A stretch of 64,000 nucleotides of DNA from Podarcis vaucheri (taxonomy: Eukaryota): NCBI GenBank assembly GCA_965113315.1, contig OZ220363.1; one strand, written 5' to 3'. Shown one piece after another: positions 41,501-53,500 of this stretch (its first letter is position 1; each line of letters begins with the position of its first letter). The notes under the pieces are model-generated. The model was not told where the DNA came from. It ran no database searches and saw only the letters and a program-made list of their open reading frames with translations. The position numbers and the translations under genes are program-made.

Positions 41501-44500
41501 GCTTTGTTATACTATTTTTAATTATCAACTGTATTTTTTATGTTGTGCACCACCCTGAGCTCCTTTAGAAGGAAGGGCAAGATGTAAATAAAAATCATCA
41601 TCATCATCTTCACACCAGTTCCTGCTATAGCCTTTGCATATGGTTTATTATACCTGCAAACCTCAGCAATTGTGAAAGAGGAAGCAAAATGTAAATATTA
41701 AGGGTCACAGAGGACATAGCATACTATTAGTACTGAGTAAGTGACTATTAGTACTGATTAGTACTCTTCCTTCATTCAATTTGGCACCAAGCACACCAAC
41801 GTTGCTCTCTGAGCTACCCAGACTAATTTCCAGCTCCCAATTCCAAGGTCTGCTCCCTAGTGCTAAAATTTAACCAAACCCAGTTCCGATTCTTCTCTGC
41901 TAAGCCAAGACTCCTGTTGCTTCCCTTTCCTTCTGCTTTTGCAAAAGATGCAAGCAGTAGATGAATGTCATGTATTAAGCAATAGCCAATGACTTTCACA
42001 GGGCTGGTGCCTTTGGGTCAAATACTTTATTTCCATTAAGTATTCTTCTTTCTGTGGGTCTCTTCCCCACTTTCTTCCCACCTGCTGTTCAAATCTGCAA
42101 ATAAGAAACAATTATACATACTGGCAAAGGACATAATGCCCCCAAAACCTTCACTGCTGTTGTTGGATATTGTAGAATTTGGGGAACTGGCATGGGAATC
42201 CGATTCAGCATCAGACTCGTTGCCTAGCTTTAAGCTGTTGGGGCGCAGAGGCTGCAGAGGCCTATAAAAGAAAAGACAACGGTTACATTGTTGGCATCGT
42301 TATGTATCCTGCAACTCAAAGTTTGTTGGGACCCATCTCATATCAGTAACACAAACAGCTGATGTAGCTGTGGTGTCAGTTTGGCAGTTGCCATGTCAAC
42401 TGATGCCTATTTTAGAATAGAGCAAGTATGAAAACAAAGGCAACAGAGAAGTAATCTTCTGCAGATTCCAAGTACCAGCCATCTACCAAAACAGAAAACA
42501 TATTGGAATACTTCCAGGAGAATAATTACAGGCCTCTTCCCCAAGTAATTATATGTCCCACTCAATACAGGGACTCATCAAAGTGCTGTGGTCCCAAGCT
42601 GCTACATATGTGGTTGTGAATACTGTAACTATAATAATAATAATAATAATAAATTTTATTTATATCCCACCCTCCCCAGCCGAAGCTGGGCTCAGGGCGG
42701 CTAACAACAATCAAAATAGTTCAACATTCTAAAACATTCATTATAAAATTAATTAAATCAAATTAAAATCAAATTAATGGCAACCATCAAGCAAAATTTT
42801 GTGCAGATTGCCAGAGGAAGGGGTCAGGCTGCGCCCTGACAAAAGGCCTGGTGGAACAGCTCTGTCTTGCAGGCCTTTTCCCTCCAGCTGGCTGTCACAT
42901 GGGGAAAACCCACACAGATCCTTCCTTCATGTGTTCCCCCAAGTGGTGCAGGACTGCACCAGAGAAAAGATGCTTCCTTGATACTGTGGGTCCTGAAATG
43001 CTGATGTGTTTAATATATATCCCTCTAGGTCTGAGGGAATACGATAAAGACCTAAGAAAATCATTAGAAGATATCTGAACTGCAGGGGGATTTTCGGAGG
43101 ATAACGCATGGTACTAAGCACAAAGTAACAAGATTAGTAAAATTCCAGTGTGGCCTTCATGGAGTCCTGAATTTAGTAATATCTCACCGATTGCCATTGA
43201 GGTTCTGATTGAACTTCGGTGTATAGCTTTCTTCCTGTTCATCCTCTTCTTCCTCTGCTGGGAACCCATACTGTGGTTCAAAGTATGGGTTATCATACTC
43301 TCTTTTCTTCACCATTCCATCCACGGAACTCAAACTGTTTGCTGGATTCTCACTATCACGTCGTTCAAGACTCATTTTGGGAAAACTTGGTTGTAAAGGC
43401 AAACTGGGGAGGTGATTTGAAAATCCAGCTACCATCTTCTCCTCCATCTCTGCTGAATCAGCAGACTCCTTTGTAAAACAAACAAAAATCCAATTTGTCT
43501 ACAAATACATATCCACCTAACACCTGGTGTCAGGCCCAAGAGGGCCCTAAGATTCTGAAGGCCAATTGTTATCTTTATTTCTAACATTGCCTATACTAAA
43601 TGAGCTTACATCATCTCCCTGCAATTTTGTCTCCCATGTCTAACATTTCACAATTTATTTGCCGCATTAGACCAACTGTTTTCTATATAATAAATTGTAT
43701 TAATATTAAATGTTCATCCATTTTCTAACACTTCTTAAATTGTCTCAAATATTGTCTCATGATTTCATCACTGTACTAGCTCATCACTACCTCTAAAGAA
43801 ACATGGCTGCTCACTTGAAAAAATCCATCCAAGGTACAGTGTTGTTCACAGGGCTTCCATACAGATCTATGTATAATACTTATTTCACAAAAAATCCAAT
43901 AATTATATATCATAACCAGTTTACTTCCCCACTCTCAGATTTTAATTGTTTTAAGCATTCCTATTGGCTTGGAGAATATGAATATGTGAGCACCTGTCTT
44001 TTATTGGTGAGGAATGAACCATATGACTGCAGTTCACCATAGTTTTATATCAAATACGTAATTGTGACATATCTCAAATACATAATAGTGACATAAATTC
44101 ACTGTCATCTACTTTTCTCTAGTCACATTGGCCATGTTTTCACATCACGGTAAGTCATAAACTATGGCTTCCCATACATGAGCCAATCATGCCCAGTTTG
44201 CTTCTCCCCACAAGAGCTAAGAAGGGGGGAAAGCACAACCCTTGGCTTAGTGTTATGGATCATAGTTTGTTTCCTCCATGTACTACCAGGGAGAACAAAA
44301 GAGCCCAGAGAGGTCCATTCATTGTAAACTAATAACCATGGTTTACTGTGATGTGCATATCAGACCAATATTAAGAACACAAAATGACAAGAGTTTTTTA
44401 AATTATTCATTCTCCATCTATCTTCCAAAAAGAAGTCCAAAGCAGCTAAGAAATCCTTTCCATCTCAAAGCTTCAAGGAGCTTTATGCCTCAGTCTTTGC

Positions 44501-47500
44501 CTCAGGCTGATAAGAAGTGGTTCATGAGGGAACAAATGCCCCAAACAAATCCAGCCTTTGATGAAGACCAAAGTAGTAAAACTCCAATCATCTTCAGGGT
44601 CCTTCCTATCATTCCTGTATCTCTTGCCTCCCTTACTTATACAATAAGCCCCATTACACACATGATTCACTCCATGGATGACAGTGCTGGGGCTGCTGCT
44701 GGCTGTAGTGCTTGAACTTGACCGAGGCTGATTGTTGTCTTGGGAGTTTTCACTATCAGGGGCTTGTTCATCCATATCACCCGAGTACTCCTGGAAGTCA
44801 TCAAATTCCACTTCACTTGCATCACCCAGAGCTGCATGGGTTAGAGGATCCACATCTGTAAATAGATATTATACACATAAGTTCATAGGGTCAACAAAGA
44901 TCACAAAGGCCCAGTCTGCATGTAACACTAAGGCAAACCATGGCTTAGCATGTCCTCCTCCCTGATCCTGCTGCCGCCATGCTGCCTAGGCTAAGTGATG
45001 GTACGGCTTAACATTACATCTGAATCTCGGCTTATGGTTCGTCTCCTTCAGACAAACCATGAGCAGTAGACCAATACCAAACTTTAGTTACAGGTTGTGG
45101 TTTGTCTGGAGCAAGAAAAGCCATGGTCCCAGATAAGGCGTAACTCTATGCCAAACCATGACTTAGCCTACAAAGCAAGGTGGCAGTAGGACCAGTGGTG
45201 GGGAGCAGCTGGGAACTTTCATATTTGCGAATTTGCCATTTGAAAACTGGATCAAAATCTAACTCTAAACAGCAAAACATGCAAGCTATTCAAAATGTAG
45301 CTTTATAATTCTTTACTATAGGGGTAGCTAACAATTTTTTTTGCCTGTAGGCAGCATTCACCCTTGTCCAACTCTCTAGGGGCCATATGCCAATGGTGAA
45401 AGCGGCCAGATGTGGATGTGGCCACCTACACTCTCATACACAGGCCCTCCTTGCTTATCATATGATTGATCTGATGAGTGCGAAGGGAGCTATTTGCATC
45501 CACATTAAGGCAGTGGCCACAGGGCATCCCAGCACTATGTTCTACTTTTTTTGCCACCCTTGCAAAAAACTAGTGGGGTCTGAGTTGGGGGACAGGAAAA
45601 AATGCTCGGGGACCACATCATCATGTGCCTGGGTCATGAGTCAACCACTCCAGCTTTAAAATGTAAAAAATAAAGGGAAGTAGTGTCCACGTCCATTTAC
45701 TTGATGAGAAAATATGAAATTTACAATGTAAGTACTGACCAGAAACCTCAATAAAACAAAAGCCAGATTTTCTCCAGTATGGCTTTTTAAAAATATTTCT
45801 ATACTGCCCTTCACACTGCCTGTCACAAAGCTGTTTACAATATAAAAATACAAAAATGCATAACATAGTAAAAAACAATACCACCAGCACCCCACTGTTT
45901 AAAAGGCCATAGATTGTACAATTAGCCAAAAGCCTGGGAGAAGAGGAATGTTTTTGCCTGGTGCCTAAAGATATGCAATGAAGATGCCAGAGGAGCCTAC
46001 GTGAAGAGATCATACCAAAAGCAGAGAGCCACCACTGAAAAAGCCCATTCTAGCTGCAGATGACATTCTAGTCACAACGCTGCTGGTCTATGACTGTAAT
46101 AAACTGATTGAAATTCTAGTCACAACTGAAGATCCCTGACCAGGCAAGAATATGTATCTTTAACCAAAAAAGCAGCCAATCAGCTTTTACCTATACTGTA
46201 CTGAATACTCTCTTCTACAGTCTTCAAGAGTGATATGATTATAGTAAACAGTAAAACTTTTGGCTGGGTGGCACAAGATGTGAAAAGTAAATATACCTGT
46301 TTACCTAAACACAACATATCTTCCCAAGTCATTCACAATTATCTTAGGTTCTTTCTCTCCCAAAGCAATTAAATCAGACCTAAGCATGCACGTGGAGCTA
46401 ATTAAATTATTAACTCAAAGTTACTCACTTGGAGTGTCACCGTTGATGTCACACTTCATCATTTCACTAACAAAATCACCAAGGGATGAATATGAAGAGC
46501 TGGAGTCATCATAATCCACACTGTCACTGCCACTATTTTAAGGGGGAAAGGGTGAGAAAGAATTAGAAGCGGCAAAAAAGGAAAGAAAAATATAAAGCAA
46601 TAGAGAATGAGAACAGACCAGCAATAGAAAGAGAAGCAACTAAATGGAATACTGCAAGGCTATGGTGGCATAGGTTTTGTTAAATGAACAGCTTCTCTTA
46701 AGTAGTAGGTCATCATATATACTGTATAACTCTGTGTTTGGAAATATAATTTTTAAAAAGAAAGGGGACAACTGATTTTTACTCTACCAGAAGCATTTTT
46801 AAAGGGTGCAGAAGATGGAAGGTTAATAAGGAGGTGTTACGAGTAGCATACTGCAGCAACAGAGACTGGCGCCTACATGTTATATTTTCAACACTAGCCA
46901 AAACCCTTTTTCTTCTGCCAGTCTTTTAAAAATGCTTTTCAGAACCTTTACATTTGGATTATATGATACCCTGAACCTCTGATTTGACTGTATTTTTTTT
47001 ATCTTGCATTGTTAATGTTTTGTCAGATTATCTGTTAAACTGCTTTGGAAATGAGTGCTGGAAGCAGCATTGAAATTTTTCAGGGGGAAATGGAAAAAAA
47101 CCAGAAAGACAAAGGCCACTTAGAACCAGCTACATAAAGTTGCTCTACCCACTAACCTATCATCAGTCGGTTCAGAATCTGTTTCTCTCTCTATTGGGGC
47201 ACTCAGTGCTTCAGCTAGTTGAGAATTGCTGTCATAGACACGGTAATGAATTGGCTGCAACTGATGAGCATACCACTTTGGCTTATCACCAATCAGAGCA
47301 GGGTCAAACATGTCTGTAGAAATAGTAAGAAAAATGAAGTTATTTCCATGATGTCATCCCCCAAAGTCTCAATCAAGTGGGGCTGCAGCTGCCCTACAGA
47401 AATTATATTGTAAATGGTAGGCAAAACATCAGTCCATAGAAAGATATTTGCTTAATGGGGTTTGAAATTAAACTGAATGTAGAACTGTCCCTCCATAGAA

Positions 47501-50500
47501 CAGATACATGCATAATTTTATTTGTATGCCAACTTTCCACAGTTCAAACCATGCTCAAGGTGGCTTACAGCATGAAAAAATACATAACTACAACACAACA
47601 AAAGCAGTCATGAGCAATAAATAAAACAATAAAAAATACACAACCAAATATAAACCACAACAATTCTACACATCTGAATTAAGATACAAAAAACAGCAAC
47701 AGTCCCCAACCCAAACACACCAGCCCAAGAATCAGTTCAGCAGCCTCAGCTTTTTGTAGCTGGAGTCAGTTAGGGCCCTACCCTTCTAGGTCAGGTGAAA
47801 AAAGGCCTGCAAGGCAAGGGGTAAGTCTTCCAGGTCTCACAGCCAAGATGGTCAGATAGGATGCAGGAGACACTATTTCCTGACACTACTTTTGTATTAG
47901 AAGATTCAGCATTAATCAAGAGGTAGCAGTAAACACAAGGCCAAAACTTACTGTTGTGGATTCTTTGGAAAGCATAATTAGTTGGGTTGAGTGACCATTC
48001 CCCAAAGTATTCCACTGCCTGTGTCTTCGACAATTTATCTGCAAAAGGTGTCTGTTTTGGTCTTGAGGCTAAGAACGAATTGGCCTGAAATGCAACCACA
48101 GGCCGGGGGAAGAGGCGAAGTGTGCGGGTATGCATCTGGAATCCTTGTAAAACATTTGGTGAATTGAAGAATCTCACCATGGCAACCCTAAAAAAATCCA
48201 AAAGGTTGGTAATATATTCATATATTCATATATATATTCATTCATATATTCATGACAAGTCTGAAGGACACAGTACATTCACATATCATGAAAATTCTAC
48301 ATTTGCCTCTAGTAAGGGAAGGACAGCGGAATAAGTTCACCCATTCATAGCTAATATCAACTGCGGCCTCAAGACAAAATATGCCCTATGGAAATAAAAG
48401 AAACACCAGTGCCCCTATTGCGCTGTGACCAAAGAAAAATATATTTGGCTTCTATTCTCACTTTCTTTCCAGCAAGCCTAGGATACAAAGATGATATTGA
48501 GTTCCATTATCAACTCTGAAGGCAAATAATCTCTTTTACAGTAGTTGGGCCAAACAGCCTAAGCCAATAGAAGGCACTCCACACCACCGAAGTCTCAAGT
48601 GGCAGAAGTAATGGAACCAGGAGAAGTCCCAAACTATGATCCCACTCTTTCAGAGGTAGTGCGACCCCTTCTAGAGAAGGCTGGACATTGAAGCTGGATA
48701 GAAGAACCATCCACTAACCGTATCTCAGTCTTGTTGGATTATGTTTCAACTTCACACAGTTGAAATCTGGCTGGTTGAAATCCCGCAAATTGATTGCTCA
48801 CAAGGCAGAGAGCTTCGAAGTTCCTTTTGCTTTGGGTTTTCCCAACATGAAAAGAACTTTTAAGCTCTCAGACCTGCTAACTGTGCTCTGGAACACTCTT
48901 GAGAGATCTTGTGGAAACTTGGATAGTCCCGCAATATGTCACGGGAGCATCCCAGAGCCCAGTAAGCAAGTCTGAGAGCTTAAAAGCTCTCTGCCTTCCT
49001 TGAAAAGAAAGACAACCACACAGGTGTGATTCCAAGGGTATATGCATTTTTCCATGTACATGTCATTTCTGGAACGTAACCCCCCACAAAAGATTCAATC
49101 ATACAATACTACAATCTAACAGTGACTCGGTACATTCACTGTCTTGCCTGCAGAAGAAGAAAAGGAGAAATGAAGCTGCTTGTCATCAGCATAAAGAGGA
49201 CAATGAGCTATAAAACTCTGTATGAACCTACTCAATGGTTACCTCTACATTTTTTTTTCTATTTTAAATTTTTAATTAGAAAACATAGTCAGATTTAACA
49301 GAATATATATCTCAAAACAAAAGACTAGGAATGGCCAACAGGATGCTCTCCAAATGGCGTAAACCACAACTTTCATAATCCATGACCCACTGATCGTGCT
49401 GGGCTTGGGCCAATGTTAGTCGTTGTCCAAAATATATCTGGAGGGCATCACACTGGCTGACCGCTGTAATGGACTGTGTGGAATCCGTATATACACAAGA
49501 GAATCTCATCCTCTAGTCTTATGCAGCCTAAGCAGTAGAAAATATTGTTAAAAACTGATGGTAGCTCACATAGAGTGTGTTCTAGTTTATAACAATAAAT
49601 GTTCATGAAAAAGTCAATGAAAAAGCATTTGCTTTTTTACTGGAAAGCCACAGCATTTCAGCTAACATTTTCTGCAGGACAGAGCAGAGACCTTCCACTG
49701 TATTTGGAAATTTAACAAAAATACATTGCTCAGACTCACCGAGTGGCCACATCCACAGAGTCTACATCATTGCCATAGATCAGGGGGTTGAACTCTGTAG
49801 AAGGTGTGGACTGCATGTCATTCTGAGATTTCCCCGTAAGCAGTGGGATCTCCTGGCTTTCATGAAACTTCTCTAGGTTAAGAATAGGCTGGGTATTCAA
49901 GCTCATGCTAGCCAAAGCCTGAAGGGCAATAGGTCACAAGGGTAATAAATAAGAACGGCATTGTCAAAACTGCTTAAACTCATGGACAAACACAACCCAA
50001 GTGCAATGTTCTAGTTCCCCAGAATCAAAATACACCTCTTTCAGCAGATCAGTAAACTTTTAAGCACTCTTTGACTAACCTTTGGCTGCTCCAAGCAGAG
50101 AAAAAGAGAGGACATTACAACCATTTTACATAACAAATTTAGAATGCTGAATGGTAAATCTAATGACTTATTGGTTGACTAATTTAGTCACTTTATCTTG
50201 CCCAAAGCAACCCAAAGCAACTTAAAATCCCCCAGGCTAACTAGTATTAGGAGGAGGGCAGGTGAGTAAAACAAGATTTATAAATATATCCCCCCCCCAA
50301 ATATACTGGAAACTAACACGAGGAAGGTGAAATCCACCCTTTCAGTAGCTCAACTGTATAAAACCAGAGGATGGGTGTGTTAAAAATTAATAAACTGAGG
50401 CACTCCACAGAGTACCCCAAACACCAGAGATAAGGCAGATAGTGGCACAAAAAAAGGACTTTTTCCACCTGTAGTATTCCAGTTGTAAAACACCTTTCCT

Positions 50501-53500
50501 GAAAGAAGGCACCTGGAGTTCACTTTGTTATCCTGTAGGCACAGGGTTATGCCCCAAGGTATATTTCACATTTGTTAAGTACTGGTTGTTTTACAAATAT
50601 CCACTGCTGTTTTTTAATGATTAATGCCTTCGTGCATATTTTATTCCTTTTTTTATTTTTAATTGCATTGTAAACCACCCTGTGATAATTTTATTTATTT
50701 AAGATATTTGTATGCCACCCTTCATAACAATCCACTCAGTATTATTCTCTGCACTGAGATCCCAACTCCATCAATTTAAAAACTATCTTTTCAATCCAAA
50801 TAAAGGTGTAGGGTCACTGTCCCCTTTCTCATAACTGCTAGTCAGGGAAGCTCAGATTTCTAGGACAGCGCACTGTTTTAAACCCTACAGTCTTCTGCAG
50901 CTCACATGGCAAAGCTAGTATTTTCACAGAACTAACATCTCATGGTCTGACAACATCACCCAGAACATGAAGCATATAAGAGTTAAAGTTTTCACTTCCG
51001 CACGTAGTACACAATCTCATCAATCTAATTTTGCCTCGTCCTCCACTTCTTAACAGTTGTGGCCATCCTACAAACCTTGTGCCTTTCCCCTCGGCCCGAA
51101 AAGTGAGATGAGTGCCACATCCCATAGTTGCCTTTGACTGGACTTAACTATCCAGGGGTCCTTTACCTTACCTCTTTTTTTTAACCTAATCATCCCCGTT
51201 TTTCTCAATGTCTGCCTCTCTCTCTCAACCTCCTTGTCCTTCCGTAAAGTTCATTTCCCCACCCCCCCAAAGCAAATAAATCAAAACAGGTTAAAAAATA
51301 ATCCAATGGAAACTTGAGGCAGAAAAGAGTAAAATAAAGACACCTTTTTGTCAGGCGTGAGCAGCTGTTTCTGAGTGATTGCAGTCATGCTAACCAGACA
51401 CTGGAGGCAAGATGGAAGATCACATGACAACACCAGCGGACAATCAGAGGCAAGACGAACACATGATCACAGAGAGACAGATGGAGAAAAAACTATTACT
51501 ACTAATACCACAGATGAGAAAGGAAATAAAAAGGGATCATAAACAGTCACAGTTCCTTAGCAAGGCCAGACTGCTTTCACCCCACACATCTGCTTGCATA
51601 CACTTTTTTTAAACGGACTACTAGCCAGCTGTTTTCAATATAAATATTTATAATGACACTGATCTGAAAGGGCAATAATAAGCCCGTATATATTTGTTAA
51701 GTATTTATGCATGCATAATACTGTTGCGCCAATATTTCCCACTACCATAACTATGTTTTGTCACAAGGCAGCCACCTTCACAATGTCACCCACATTTCCT
51801 TTGTTTTACCCTGTGGATAGTAAGGTTTTGTGTCTTGCATCATAGAATGAAAGGAATGGTTATTATTCTTTTGTTAATTCACTTCACACTGCTCAAATGT
51901 GTGGGAGTTTTGCTGAATAGCCCCTAAACTGTGGAGAGAGAAAAGCAAACAGATTCTGAACGAGCGGCTGGGGATTCTACTGTAAGGGTCAATGGCTGTT
52001 CACTGCAACAGGTTACACAGGAAATCACAAACGGTTAAATGTGTAGTTCTGCTCTTCTATGAGAGCCAGAAACAGCAGCTTTTGTACTGCTAGTCTTAAC
52101 ACTTTACCTTTAAATACTGCATGCAGCATGCAAGGAGGTGTGGGGGAAAGAACAGAAATAAAATCATAAAACCTATTTTGACAGACTCATTCAATCTGAC
52201 TAAAACCAATAAATAGCTTCACAGGATTAGAGAAAGAGAAGAAATATGGGCCTCATAGGCAGCAATATGAAAATGGAGAAAATGATCATTAAGGAAGGGG
52301 AAGGCAAGACAACTGAAAGCCCAGAGATTCTAAAGGGTGTATCATGCGGGAAAGCAGATTTGTTTGTAGATATTAAGTACTGGTTTAGATGACCATTTTA
52401 AATGTAATGATGAATCATTTTATGTAGTGCACAATATGCCATGAAGCTCTGATGTGTATGATTATCTTACAATACCACAGGTTTTAAATGGGGGTTGATT
52501 AAGGATGAGATAAACCACAGCCTACCACAGCTTCAAATACACGAAAATGAGTTAACAATACACAGTAATAACACCTGCTGATTTCAATGTTTCATGACCA
52601 CACCAAAATGCTCATATGAAAACACACTGGTGGTTTTTTGTCCGGGGGGGGGGTGTCTCCCAATCCCTCAGAGCCAACTGGGGGAAGCCCTGTTGTGCAA
52701 GCAGAGGTCCTTGCACAGGGCTTCTGCTGACAGAAGCGATTAGTTGACTCTCACCCAGGATCCCAAAACATAACAAAGTGACCTGGTTTGGATGTAACAC
52801 TAAATCATAGTTCGGTGTTAGACTCACATGTTCCCCCTTTTCCTTCTGTCAGGGCTTCAAGGAGTTCAGAAGCTTTCCCTTCCATGTTAGATTAACTGGG
52901 GCTTACTGTGCCATTCAAACCTGGAGAATGTGTGGCTCATGTTAACTATGATCAGCTGAAACAAGCCAAATTCATACCGGTTTAGGAAGCTGGCTTGTTT
53001 CAATTAATTGTAGTTACAATGAACCATAGTTTAGGGATTGGACAACCCACTCAACTCTGGTGGATCTACAACAGAAGCAGAACCTTCAGTTTTCCGCCTA
53101 AAAGTCACACCAGAGGAGAGGCCACAAGCCTGAGGCTTGCTTTCATAATTCTAAACTACATACTTGCCTAGGAGTAAATCCTACTATTAAATATAGCAGG
53201 ACTTACTTCTGCATAAACATGTGTAGCATAGGATTGTAAAGAATCTGAACAGGTAGAAAGGCAAATCTAACAGAATTTTGGAACAAATTCAAAAATGTTA
53301 CTAGATCAGAACTTTTTTTTTTTTTAACAAGCTTGACTGTTCACAGTGTGGCACAACGGCATCCTGAAAGATGGGACTCAACAGTATTTCAGCTTAATAT
53401 ACAGTTGTTCCTTGTGCCAAGTGTTAAGGCCAGTGCTTTTTTCAGGGGGTATGCAGGGGTACGGATACCCCTAAACATTTTGTGAATCTAAGTTTGGCCT

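Larger units (their letters stand above)
39400..41608 (+). mobile_element. Decayed L2 LINE interrupted by nested DNA elements
   Basis: LFNVYMKPL...CHQCA*DTQL before about 39880; resumes [11 protein letters not shown]... at about 41114; ends in (ATC)n. Confidence 0.7.

Noticed and set aside
44473-44661. In-frame read-through of exon 12 for about 60 codons
   Set aside because: No MADD similarity and no phase-0 downstream donor found; likely a chance open frame.
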